Origin: Octopus sinensis
Lineage: Eukaryota
Length of the DNA: 53,046 bases
Assembly (NCBI RefSeq): GCF_006345805.1
Contig: NW_021833887.1
Coordinates: 1 to 53,046, forward strand
Direction: 5' to 3'
The position numbers and the translations under genes were made by a program. The notes below the pieces were generated by a model. That model was not told the origin of the DNA and did no database searches. It saw only the letters and a program-made list of their open reading frames with translations. Below are positions 24,583 through 36,357 of this stretch, piece by piece; position 1 is the first letter of the stretch; each line of letters starts with the position of its first letter.

Positions 24583-25485
24583 TGAGGACGTACCCAAAAG
24601 AACCCGGAATTTTGCAATATTATTTCATTCACTTAGTTTTACATGTTCGCACTTTTATCGCCTTCAAAGTATTCTCCAGCAATGGCATCGCTCTAGACGC
24701 GTTTCTCCACTGTTCGAAGCAGGACTGAAATTCTTGCAAAGTGATGCCTTCAACCGTCTCCGTCATCTTTTTCTTCACCTCTTTCATATCTGAAAATTCC
24801 ATAACACCAGCTTCCGTCACCAGTGATGACCTTCGAAAATAAAAGGTCCGGATCAACCTCCAACTGTTCTTTCGGTTCACGACACGAATTCAGTCCTCAA
24901 TGCTTTTTTTATGTTCCGTGAGCAAACGAAGCACAAATTTTGCTGCAACTCTTTTCAGTCGCAATTCCTCGCTCAAAATTCGTTTCCAGCAATTCTAGGA
25001 CACACCAGTCATATCAACGAGTTCCTTAATTGTTCGGTGATGGTCCTCCAAGATCAGTTCATGAATTCTCATGATGTTTTCATTTGTTCGGGAAGTCGAA
25101 GGTCGTACTGAACGGCGTTGGTCTCTAAGCGACAAGTGACCATTCCTAAAGCGTAGAAATCACTCGTAAACTTGTGTTTTGCTCATGGTGACGTCTTTGT
25201 AAGCTGTTTGATGCTTGACAACTGTTTCGGCCGCCTTTTTCCCCAGCAGAAAACAGAATTTCACAGAAGCATTTTGTTCCTTCGATTCAGCCATTGCAAA
25301 AATCGATAACAGGGAAGCTCTGCAAAACAAAGACACACCACGTGGCAGTGCGACTTAACCGGACGACGCCGGTCGGTAGACTGATGCCTGAGGATCGCAT
25401 CATGTGGCTTCAAGCGGCGGAAGCCTAAACTAAGACATGCTTGTCCTACAGAGAACGTTTCGGGTTACGTTTGGGTACCTCCTCG
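24583..25485 (-). mobile_element. Internally deleted mariner
   Basis: TIRs TGAGGACGTACCCAAAAG / GTTTGGGTACCTCCTCG; N-terminus MAESKEQNASVKFCFLLGK..RVAAKFV (ATG 25294) and C-terminus EFQSCFEQW; catalytic core absent. Confidence 0.85.
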
Positions 25486-25777
25486 CATATATGTTTCTAT
25501 ACGTATGTGTGTGTCATTATGTTTGTGTTTGTGCCTGCCTCTCCCCTGCCCTTGCTTAGCAACAATGTTGCTACATTCCCGTAATTTAACAGTTCGGCAA
25601 AAGCGCTAATAAAATAAATAACAGACTTAGAATTTGTTCAATCAAGTACCCCAGCATGGCCTTCGTCCTATGACTAAAAATCGTTTCGCTTCAATCTAAT
25701 TTTAAGGTAAACGTTTTAAAAATTCGCTTTTAAGATATTTCAATAAAAATGTTGCTATATAATTCATTTTGAACACC

Positions 25778-25930
25778 AGTGTGTGATAAGAAGCTTACTT
25801 CCCAACCATATGGTCTCGGGTTCATTCCCACTGCGTGGTACCTTAGGCAAGTGTCTTCCACTATAGGCTCGGGCCGACCAAAGCCTTGTGAGTGGACATG
25901 GTAGGCGGAAACTGAAAGAAGCACGTCGTA
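25778..25930 (+). mobile_element. SINE head
   Basis: Matches 17664-17830. Confidence 0.8.
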
Positions 25931-25939
25931 TATATATAC

Positions 25940-27195
25940 GCTTTTTAAAATTTTGGATTTTATTGCGTTTTTAAATTTTGAAATCCATTTTTTTCGAGAA
26001 TTCTATTTTTGAATCAATTTGGAATCTTTTTATTTTTTTTGTTAATTTTAGTTAATTTTTGTTTATTTTTAGATCATTTATTTTCAGATCATTAAATTAT
26101 CAAGTTAAGGAAAACGAGCATTTTCGACGCTTCCTTCCTTTTGCTTTTAATCAAGGTTCTAAGGTCGCAAAAGCTTCTCACGACATTTGTGCTGTGTATG
26201 GAGAGAGTGCCATAGCTGAAAGAACCGCTCCTGATTGGCATGCCAAGTTCAAAAATGGAAATTTTGACCTCAAAGACACACCTCGTTCTGGCCGTCCAGT
26301 TGAGTTCGATGAAGAGCTATTAAACCAACTTTTGCGCTAAAATTCTCGTCGAACAACAAGAGAACTGTCAGAGAAAAGGGAATGCTCCCACACTGCTATA
26401 GAGAAGCATCTTCACTCGATGGGAAAGGTTCAGAAGTATGGAGCATGGGTTCCGCATGCTTTAAGTGACAACAGCAAAAATCAACGAGCCACAATCTCCG
26501 CTGGTTTGCTTGGTCGTCACCGCTCAACTCATGGACACAAGCAACGATTTCTTTACCAAATTGTTATTGGCGACGAAAAATGGTGCCTGTACATCAATAT
26601 GAAGCAGCGTAAGGAATAGCTTAGCCCCGGTAAACAAGCGATACGGCGCGTGAAACAAGATCATCCGCGCAAAACGATGTTGTGCGTATGGTGGGACTGG
26701 GAAGGGATCATCCATTATGAATTGCTTGAACAGAACCAAGCGGTCAATGCGGAACTTTATGTTCAACAGATGGAACGACTCAACACGGCTATTCAAGAGA
26801 AAAGACCTAATCGGCAGCATAGAGCTCTTCTGCTGCACGACAATGCCCGCCCTCATATCGCCAATATGACCAAGGAAGCCATTCAATCGCATGGCTGGGA
26901 AGTGCTGCTACACCCGCCGTACTCTCCTGATTTGGCACCAACGGATTTCCACCTCTTTCGATCTCTTTCAAATGCTATGTGTGGAGTTTCGTTCAATACT
27001 GATGTAGAATTGAGAGCTTGGTTGGATCAATTTTTCGAGTCGAAATCGGGTGATTTCTTACCAACGAGGTATTGAAAATCTTGTTGAACATTAGGAAGAA
27101 GTTTTAAACAACAAGGGTGAATACATTATTGATTAATTAGTTGTTATTTTTTATCAAACCTTTTAAAAAATTTAATTTAAAACATCGGCACGATG
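25940..27195 (+). mobile_element. Mariner transposase pseudogene
   Basis: PRSGRP, WVPHAL, IVIGDEKW, LLHDNARPH, HPPYSPDLAPTDFHLF; internal stops; TIRs incomplete. Confidence 0.92.
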
Positions 27196-27352
27196 TTTTA
27201 TATACATATATTGGGTTGACAATATTTTAAAGCTTCAGATTTTTCTTCTGAATATGTTTTATTCCATTCCACAAAAAAATGCTTTCCGCTGAAGTTTCGT
27301 TTTTTCGTTATTGTGTTTTGGTTTCCCAGTGTGAGCGTCTGCGTTGAAACAA

Positions 27353-27432
<80 letters not shown>

Positions 27433-27433
<1 letters not shown>

Positions 27434-28673
27434 GAGGGGCGTTCAATAAGTAATGCCCCTGACCCACTTGCATGTGCACTTATTTATACCTCTATAGATT
27501 AAGTGGCGAATTACAGCTCTGAACTAATTGTGGTTTCTGATTTACAGGTGTTTGAACTGAGTCAAGTGTGAAATGGAGCCTGTTGAGTGTCGAGCAGTGA
27601 TCTGGTTTTTGTATTTGAAAGGACGCACACCACGGGAGACTTTTGAAGAAATGAAAGTAACTTATGGTGATGATGCCCCATCATATGACCTTGTAAAACG
27701 CTGGCATTGTGAATTCAAACATAGTCGGAACTCTGTGGAAACAGCTTCCAGATCTGGTCGCCCCCTTCTGCCGTTGATGAGACGTCTGTCCGTCAAGTTG
27801 AGGCTGCCATTTAGGAAGGTCAACGCATAACTATTCGCCAAATAGCCCATAAGGTCAAGATTAGTACCGGGTCTGTGGAAACTATCATTCATGACCATTT
27901 GCATATGCAAAAGGTGTCTGCCAGATGGATTTCCAGGTTGCTCACACCTTTCCAGAAGCAAGAACGCGTTGAGTGCTCGAGGATGAATTTGGAGATGTGC
28001 CAAGAAGATGAGTCAAAATTTTTCAAAAGACTAATCACACAGGATAAAACCTGGGTCCATCACTATGATCCATAGACCAAAGCCCAGTCAATGCAGTGAA
28101 AGCACCGTGACTCACCTCCTCCAAAGAAGGCAAGGGTGCAGCCCTCCGCTGACAAGGTTATGCTCAGTCTTCTGGGACCAGGACGGAGTAGTGATGACAG
28201 ATTTCCTGGCAAAGGGTACCACAAATACAGGAGCCTATTATGCTTCACTTTTGAGGAAATTAAGAGAAGCTATCAAAATCAAGAGGCGGGGCAAGATCAG
28301 CAAAGGCATCCTCCTCCTGCAGGACAACGCTCCGGTCCACAACTCGCGTGTCGCCAAATCAGAAGCACAGGCGTGTAGCTATGAACTCCTCCCCTTGCAC
28401 CCTCTGATTTTCACCTCTTCCCAGCCATGAAGTTGATTTTGAAAGGAAAGCGTTTACCAGATGATGCAGCCTTGATTTCTGAAGTCACGTCGTGGTTGGA
28501 GGACCAAGCTGGGGTCTTCTACAAAAACGGTATCCAGAGTTGTATCAAACGATGGGAGAAATGCATAACTCTGGGTAGTTCCTATGTAGGAAAAGACTAA
28601 TAACTGTGCCGAGTGTCGTTGCTCTACTGCTATGGGAAGTGGGTCAGGGGCATTACTTATTGAACGTCCCTCG
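27433..28673 (+). mobile_element. Mariner (Himar1/irritans-like) with TIRs and TA TSD; pseudogene
   Basis: TIR CGAGGGGCGTTCAATAAGTAATGCCCCTGACCCACTT at both ends; MEPVECRAVI (27573), SARWISRLL, LLQDNAPVH; frameshifts. Confidence 0.95.
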
Positions 28674-29331
28674 TATATATAAAGAAACAGGGTCTCAATC
28701 GTCCACATTCACTGCAGTCATCTCCTCTCCTACTTCCTATTTCCGTCTTTAAACTCACACTCACTCCTTCATCACTTCCGCCTGCCAACCCGTGTAACAT
28801 TCTCTATCACAATATTGTTATAGCAATTATGATTGAAAATAAAAAGCAACGAAGAAAATACGCTCTGAATACACCAAGAAGATGTAAAAGAATTTTCCCA
28901 TTTTTACTATTTTAAAGCTTCAGATTTTTCTTCTGAATATTTAAGCATTAACATGTTTTATTCCATTCCACAAAAAAAAATGCTTTCCGCTGAAGTTTCG
29001 TTTGTTCGTTATTGTGTTTTGGTTTGCCAGTGTGAGCGTCTGCGTTGAAACAAATGTTGTTGTATCTTGGGGAAAGGGAGGTATTGTGCCAATAACAAAC
29101 ACGCGCTCTGGTTTCATTTCACTTCTCTTTAGTCAATTTGTAAACCGTTTAACCAATAAAGTAATCGATTGTTTGATTAATCGTTTCTTACTTTCTTTTA
29201 AAAGATAAGGAAAGATGCGTTGCACAGTGTAGTTCTTGTAAGAGACAAACGTCGAGACAATGTAAGAGGCAAGGATATTAATAATAATGACGATGAGGAT
29301 ACTGATGATGACGATGATGATGATGATGAGG

Positions 29332-29364
<33 letters not shown>

Positions 29365-29384
29365 TAATAATAATAATAATAATA

Positions 29385-30074
29385 AACTTGTCAATAGCCT
29401 GTATAGACTATAAAACTGCTTTTGATTGCTTACCTCATAGCTGGATTAAGAAATGTCTAGTCAAAGCATCATACTCAGTAACAAAAGAGGTCAAGGAATA
29501 TCTAAGTGAATTCTGAATACAATAAATTCCAGAATTAGACGTACTAGAAGCAAACACAGAAAAAGGTAAACGTATGAAAACCCGTGCTAAAACTGCTGCC
29601 TTAGATATTCTTACTGATAAATGGCAAGAAAACCACTCAATGGCGAATACCTAATGAGAGCAAATATTGCCGATGGTGAAAAAAACTGAGCAAGTATTAA
29701 GATCTTGAAAAATAAATTTGTAAAATGTGTAACCTGAAGACTAAAACAATACCTATTGTCATAGGTGCCCTAGGAGTGATAGCAAAAGGGGCTGATTGCT
29801 ACCTAGCTCAGATACCAGGAAACCCCAAAATGGCAGAATTTCAAAAGATAGTGCTCATGGGAACTACTCATATCCTACGTAAAATACTGTCTATGTAATC
29901 TCAAATTTTAAGACAAACATAATTTCTTATGGTTTCTTAAACATTCTCTAGAACAACACTATGTACAAAAGCAAATATATGGCACCAACATGAACTTCCA
30001 GCTTGTTGTCTCTTGAGTTCTCTGGGTGGGACTTGGAACCAACTTGTACACATGCAAAGCAAAAGTCAAACATA

Positions 30075-30075
<1 letters not shown>
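29385..30075 (+). pseudogene. Deleted R4/Dong-like retrotransposon
   Basis: NLSIACIDYKTAFDCLPHSWI and TIPIVIGALG..IPGNP..FQKIVLMGTTHILRKILSM; ends in (TAA)n. Confidence 0.85.
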
Positions 30076-30149
<74 letters not shown>

Positions 30150-30157
30150 TAATAATA

Positions 30158-30198
<41 letters not shown>

Positions 30199-30202
30199 AA
30201 TA

Positions 30203-30407
30203 TAGACAAATGGCTGAAGGAGACATAAATAGAATGCCCAGTAGAATTCCTACAGAACGTTTGCCTCTTAGAGATAGCAAGGATTATCAGGAGGGTTTTA
30301 AGCACTTGAAGGTCTGCCGAAAACATGTGGATACTAAGGGTACAGTTAATAACCCGCTACCACATTAACCCTACCAGGAATAAGACCAAATCTGAGCTTT
30401 GTTTCTA
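30203..30407 (+). pseudogene. R4/Dong-like 3' fragment
   Basis: EFLQNVCLLEIARIIRRVLST*, then 3'UTR and (TAA)n. Confidence 0.7.
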
Positions 30408-30464
30408 TAATAATAATAATAAGAAAATAATAATAATCATAATAATAATAATAATAATAATAAT

Positions 30465-30537
<73 letters not shown>

Positions 30538-30539
30538 CA

Positions 30540-30592
<53 letters not shown>

Positions 30593-30593
<1 letters not shown>

Positions 30594-31138
30594 CAGTACT
30601 AGGCAGTGGCTCTCATGGCTTTTGATCTTAACTGATTGGAAGTGTTATCATGTATATTGTTTTGTCTTGGTATAAAATATGGGCTACAGCAAACATTCTG
30701 GTCAATACCACACATTTGCTTGTCAGTTATTTGACCTTAACTGCTGAGCATGTCCCTTAGTGGCTGAAGATATGTGCATCTCTGATCACGAGCAGAAGTC
30801 GTGGGGGAGCATCATAGCCATATGTTGAGAGGAATTATTTGGGGTTTGAATAATTCACTTCTGGAAACATGGGTGTTTCGTTCAACACCCTTAAACAACC
30901 CTTATTCCGGGACCTTTTCAGCGGGATGGGTTACTCGACCAGAAGAAAATTCTAACTTGGCCCCACCTGCAAGGTCATATGCCCTTTTATCTTGATATGA
31001 GATCACCATGTATCTCATATATGGCTGTGATGCATGTGCCTGGTGTACCTTTATCAGACGGGTAGTCATGATGGGTATATTGGGCTTCGTATATTTTACC
31101 CCAATGTCACTTTGATGGCATGCACTGCTCTGTCACTC
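30593..31138 (+). mobile_element. ~545-bp non-coding element in (TGA)n/(TAA)n, ending in a (TAA)n tail
   Basis: Sharp microsatellite boundaries; 3' hairpin TGTCA/TGGCA; termini GCAGTAC..GCACTGC partly complementary. Confidence 0.6.
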
Positions 31139-31189
<51 letters not shown>

Positions 31190-31250
31190 TAATAATAGTA
31201 GTAGTAGTAGTGGTAGTAGTAGTAGTAGTAGTAGTAGTAGCAGCAGCAGC

Positions 31251-31304
<54 letters not shown>

Positions 31305-31305
<1 letters not shown>

Positions 31306-31665
31306 AAGTGAAAGCACGCTATAAAAATAAAACTACTGGATAATAATGATAATATCTGCAATTTCCTATGATAGCAGAGTCGATACCAAAGAAATTGAAA
31401 AAAAAAAACTGAGAAATACGAGGATCTAAGCAGAGAATTGAGTCTACTGTGGAAGACAAGAATTATTGCTGTTGTGTTTGGTGCTCTTGACACAGTGCAC
31501 AGAATGCTACCTTAAAAGGCTGAAGGAGATTCGAAGTGAAACTCACATTGTCAACCTGCAGAAAAATACCATTCTATATTCTGCAATAATCCTAAGGAAG
31601 ATTCTTGAGATTTGAGGAGACATTTTGTCGCCAAACCTCAAGATAAGATACCTGATGATAATAAC
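31305..31665 (+). pseudogene. R4/Dong-like REL-domain 3' fragment
   Basis: KYEDLSRELSLLWKTRIIAVVFGALD and LQKNTILYSAIILRKILEI*. Confidence 0.75.
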
Positions 31666-31975
31666 TGAGAATTGAGACCTCCAATTTGTGGCAGCTGCGA
31701 GAGTCAAAATAAAGGTCGTTCCTGTTGTCATCGGAACATTGGATTCAATAGCACACAGCCCGAAGAAAAATCTGGAAACTTTAGAAATAGCCTACAATCT
31801 TATAGTATTGCAAAATCCGGCATTACTTAGAAGTGCACGCATACTGCGTAAAGTACTGTCTGTCTGGGCTCCTTGTTGTGACTTGATGGACAATCCAAAC
31901 GCCCGGTACACACGATATCTTCAGTCAACAATCTCACGATTTTGGATACTGTGCGGCATCTTCGCTACCTGGTGG
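31666..31975 (+). pseudogene. R4/Dong-like 3' fragment
   Basis: IKVVPVVIGTLDSI..LQNPALLRSARILRKVLSV. Confidence 0.75.
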
Positions 31976-32142
31976 TATTATTATCATTATTATTATTATT
32001 ATTTTATTATTATTATTATATTATTATTATTATATTATTATCATTATCATCATCATCATCATTATCATCATCATCATCATTATTATTATTATCATTATTA
32101 TTATTATTATTATCCTTATTATTATTATTGTTGTTGTTGTTG

Positions 32143-32181
<39 letters not shown>

Positions 32182-32182
<1 letters not shown>

Positions 32183-35100
32183 TTTTTTTTTCTTTTCTTT
32201 TAATTTGCTTCCATTTCTTGCCGAGTGTTTTCCCGACTCCTAGTGCAAAGAAACTCATAGTATACATTGGTAGGCCATTAAACCAAACTCAGTAGTTCGT
32301 TCATTTTTTTTTTTTTTTTAAGTTAAATTAAAATACATGAGCAGCAACAGTTCTCACATCGACAATGCTCTTCTCAATACGTGTGATGTACCAGTTAAGA
32401 CAATCTTTTGCACTTCTTGCAGGGATGGTAAGCCAGGGATCATTCTCATATAATTTTCGGTTCCCTTCTTGATCATTCCTAGTGCTCCTACGATCACTGG
32501 TATTGTAACCGCCTTGAGATGCCACATTTTCTCAATTTCAATGAGTAGGTCTTTATATTTTCTGAGCTTGTCAAACTCTTTCGCTGAGATATTATGATCA
32601 CAGGGGATGCTCATGTCGATCAATAAGCAAACTTTATTGTTTTGGTCTTTCACAACAATATCTGGTTTATTGGCCTTGATGGTTCGGTCTGTATGTATTG
32701 GAAAGTCCCACAGAATGGTTACATTTTCTCCTTCAGTTACAGCCTCAGGGTGGTGATTATACCACTTGTCGGCAGTTTTGATATTGTAATGCCGACTTAT
32801 TAGCCAGTGTAGATATTGGCCAACTCTGTCATGTCTTAATTTATACTCCACTGGAGCTAAGACTTTACATCCAGAGATTAGGTGGTCCACTGTTTCAATC
32901 ATGTCGTTGCAGAATCGGTATTTTGGGTCTGCTCCATTTTTCATCACATTGGCCTGGTAGTTCCGGGTTAATAGGCTTTGATCTTGAGCAGCCAGGATGA
33001 AACCTTCGCTCTCTGCTTTTAGCCCTGAGCTCCGTAGCCACTGATGGGTTTGCTTCTGGTCAACATCAGCTTGTTTGCTGCGGGTCACATATTTGCCGTG
33101 CAGAGGTTTCTCCTCCCACCTATCAGCCAATTGCTCGTGCGCTTTTTTCGTTGCCATTATTTTCACCTTCTTTGCAACAATAATTGCCGTACTTCCCTCG
33201 GGTTGTTCTGTTTGGGTATCCTGCACGAGATCAATAGCAAATTTTTTACTTTCCTTTATGATAGAATGAAGCTTCTTTTGTCTCTCGTGATTTTCCACGA
33301 GCTTTAGCATCCAGTCATTCGATATTTCGAGATATTTGGCCAGTCCAATTGTGGTTGTTTTGTAAGCTAGTTCAAATTGGATCAGGCCTCGACCTCCTTG
33401 GGCTCTGGGAAGGTAAAGGCGATTTACGTCTGCCTTTGGGTGGTGCATCCTATTACAACTCAGCAGCTTGCGTATTTTCCTATCTATATTTTTTATTTCA
33501 CTCATATTCCAGTTCAACACATTGTAGCTATAAGTAACAACTGGAACTGCTAAGGAATTTATAGCTAACACCTTGTTACGTGCATTTAGTTCAGATTTCA
33601 GGACTGCACGAACTCTCCTATAACATTCCTTCCTGATCTTCTCTTTCCTGCTTGCATGCTGAATACCAGAGCCTTCATTTATCCCTAAATATTTGTATGT
33701 TTGTTCTTGCTCAAGCTCTCTTATGACTGTGTCAACATCTAACACGACTGAATTTGTGGTCTTCACTTTCACTTTCTGGAAAATGGCCTTGGCACACTTC
33801 TCAAGTCCAAACTCCATCCCGATGTCATCGCTGAATGCTTTCACAGTGCGCAATAGGCCTTCAAGTTCATTATTGTCTTTACCATAAAGTTTTAAGTCAT
33901 CCATATAAAATAGATGGCTTATTTTTTTATTGGCAATTTTATACCCATACCCTGTTCTGTTTAATTCACTTGTAAGGGGTATTAGGGCTATGCAGAATAT
34001 TAAAGGTGAAAGTGAGTCACCTTGAAAAATTCCACAGTTGATGTTTATATTTTCTGAGGCAAGTACTCCATTAGAGTGGTATAATTGGAGATTCGTATTC
34101 CACAACGACATATTGTGCTTCAGGAAGTTTGAAATCACAGGGGAAATTTTGAAGATGTCCAGCGATCTCAAGATCCATGGATGCGGTATACTGTCGAAGG
34201 CCTTTTTATAGTCAATCCATGCGGTGCTGAGATTTCTGCGCTTGTTGTGACAGTTCTCAAGGATCATACGATTGATTAGCAGTTGATCTTTGCATCCGTA
34301 AGAGCCTCGGCGGCACCCTTTTTGTTCAATGGGGAAAATATCGTCCTTCTCCATGAATGCATATGTTTTCTCCGCCAGGATAGATGTTAGGATTTTATAC
34401 GTGGTGGATAGACAGGTTATAGGCCGATAGTTTTTTGGAAGGTTGGTTTCGTTATTCTTTGGGAGTAGGTAACTAATGCCACTTGCTAACCATTCAGGTG
34501 TTTTCTTTGGGTCTCTCATAATTCCATTGAGCAGCTGAACTAGCTTACCGTGTCGCATGGGAGCGATGCGAGCCAGAAATTCGGCACCCTATCTTTACCG
34601 GGGGATTTCCAATTATGGGCCTTCGTGAGTGCCTTTCTTAGGTCTGCTATTGTGATATCTTCCCATGCTTTTGTTGTAAATTTTGGTAGGATCCTTCAGT
34701 TTGTATAATCCAGTCTGCATTTATGTTGTACGTCTTCTTGTCACTCCAAATACTTTTCCAAAAGTTTTGAACTTCTTCCATGGGAGGGGGGTCTTTAACG
34801 GTTACTTTCTCCTTCCCTATTTCTCTGTAGAATTTTTTGGCATTGGATGTGAACAGCTTATTTTGCTTGTAAAACTTGTTTCTCTTCTCAAATCTTCGTA
34901 TTCTTTGGGCTTTTGCTTGGACTTTTTGTTTCAGCGTTTCTTTTATTGATATCAGTTCTTCTCTTGGTGAGGATCCAAATTTTCTCTTCATCTTTCTTCC
35001 TGTTCTGGATCTTACATCATTTCCACATATTAGTTCATTTAATATTGATATTTCCCCTCTCATAAATTCAATCTCTTTTTCAATTTTACTTCTCCAGGTT

Positions 35101-36150
35101 GATTTCTTCTCAGGTTTGGTTTTCTTTGTTTTTTCGGGCATACAGCTGGTTTCAATTGCCCTAGCAGAAGCGTAAATAACTTCATTTAACTCAGTAAAAT
35201 CAGGTTTTAATTCTCGTATTATTTCATTTGTTACATAGTTGCCAATTTGGATTTGTTTTTTATTTTGGTTTGTATTTGAGAGTTTATGAAGTGGTTCTCT
35301 ATCATTCATACTTGTATGTCTTACAACTTCAAGTGTATTCAGGATTTTCTGCCTCATTTCTGCCATAGACTCTCTGTGTTCTTCAGCAAATGCGAGATCT
35401 TCAGTTACTGTTGTTTTTTCGTTTTCCTGGCTATCTTTAACAGGTACAATAGAATTTCTTGTATCTTCAGGCCTTTGCGTACTTTGGTCAGATGGCAGTC
35501 TTCCCTTAAGCCTCGTGGCGGGCTATACTGTTCATCTGATTCTTCATTTCCTTTGTGTCTTATATTTATGTCATCTTCCGTTGCGTGCTTGATCGCGCTT
35601 ATTTCACTGTCTGTGAGTCTGTTATTTCTAAGGATATCCCTCCTCACATTTGCTAATTTGTTCTCGTCCAAATAGGGCCTACTGTCTTGATTCCGTGTTC
35701 TCCATATACTGTAAGAGTTTGCGGTGTGTCTCTCTTGAGATGGCCTACCTAATGCATAGTAATAAGCGTATATTACTTCTTTATATACTCTTCTCGGGTC
35801 CATTTGTTCCGCTTACATTTTTCTTTCTGTGGTGGTTGTGGTGGTGAACTTAGAGGGCTCGAGTTGGGGGATTTCCCGTTCAAGTGACCATCCATGTCCG
35901 TATTCGGAGAAGAGTTTGTGCCAGTTGATGACTTTTCGATCCCAGGCTGGCTCTTCCCTGGGGGACGCGCTTCCAGATTAACCATAGGACAAGCGATTTG
36001 GTATACTGATTTAGTTTTCCTTTTAGTTTCCAAAAACATTTTGGTGCTACGATAATGTTATCATTTTTTAGCTTTGGTTGGCTCGTGGGGAGACGGCCAT
36101 CATTGCCGTTACAATTATAATCGTACCATTATAGCAGCCGTAGTCGGCTT
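32182..36150 (-). mobile_element. Near-full-length R4/Dong-clade non-LTR retrotransposon (RT plus REL endonuclease), frameshifted
   Basis: ORF pieces 35773-36039, 35405-35803, 34647-35366 and 32354-34558; both ends lie in (TAA)n. Confidence 0.92.
32354..34558 (-). CDS. RT-zinc knuckle-REL portion of the R4/Dong ORF (734 aa)
   Basis: NYRPIT, IDYKKAFDSI, GIFQGDSLSP, YMDD, YxxC..H..C (first Cys replaced), RHD, KPDI..IDM..KYKDL. Confidence 0.9.
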   Translation of the reverse strand: MRHGKLVQLLNGIMRDPKKTPEWLASGISYLLPKNNETNLPKNYRPITCLSTTYKILTSILAEKTYAFMEKDDIFPIEQKGCRRGSYGCKDQLLINRMILENCHNKRRNLSTAWIDYKKAFDSIPHPWILRSLDIFKISPVISNFLKHNMSLWNTNLQLYHSNGVLASENININCGIFQGDSLSPLIFCIALIPLTSELNRTGYGYKIANKKISHLFYMDDLKLYGKDNNELEGLLRTVKAFSDDIGMEFGLEKCAKAIFQKVKVKTTNSVVLDVDTVIRELEQEQTYKYLGINEGSGIQHASRKEKIRKECYRRVRAVLKSELNARNKVLAINSLAVPVVTYSYNVLNWNMSEIKNIDRKIRKLLSCNRMHHPKADVNRLYLPRAQGGRGLIQFELAYKTTTIGLAKYLEISNDWMLKLVENHERQKKLHSIIKESKKFAIDLVQDTQTEQPEGSTAIIVAKKVKIMATKKAHEQLADRWEEKPLHGKYVTRSKQADVDQKQTHQWLRSSGLKAESEGFILAAQDQSLLTRNYQANVMKNGADPKYRFCNDMIETVDHLISGCKVLAPVEYKLRHDRVGQYLHWLISRHYNIKTADKWYNHHPEAVTEGENVTILWDFPIHTDRTIKANKPDIVVKDQNNKVCLLIDMSIPCDHNISAKEFDKLRKYKDLLIEIEKMWHLKAVTIPVIVGALGMIKKGTENYMRMIPGLPSLQEVQKIVLTGTSHVLRRALSM

Positions 36151-36210
36151 ATTATTGTTATTATCATCACCATTATTATCACTATTATTATTATTATTGT
36201 TATTATTATT

Positions 36211-36317
36211 TTCCTTCTTTCTTCAAATTTTCCTCCGTTTCTCGCCGGGTGTTTTCCGTACACCTAGGGCAGAGAAGCTCATTGTATGCATCCCCAAATT
36301 ACACACGCAAATTCACG

Positions 36318-36319
<2 letters not shown>
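36211..36319 (-). mobile_element. Isolated 3'UTR tail of a related R4/Dong family
   Basis: ATGAGCTTCTCTGCCCTAGG..GGAAAACACCCGGCGAGAAA resembles the tail at 32205-32265; flanked by (TAA)n. Confidence 0.75.
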
Positions 36320-36357
<38 letters not shown>

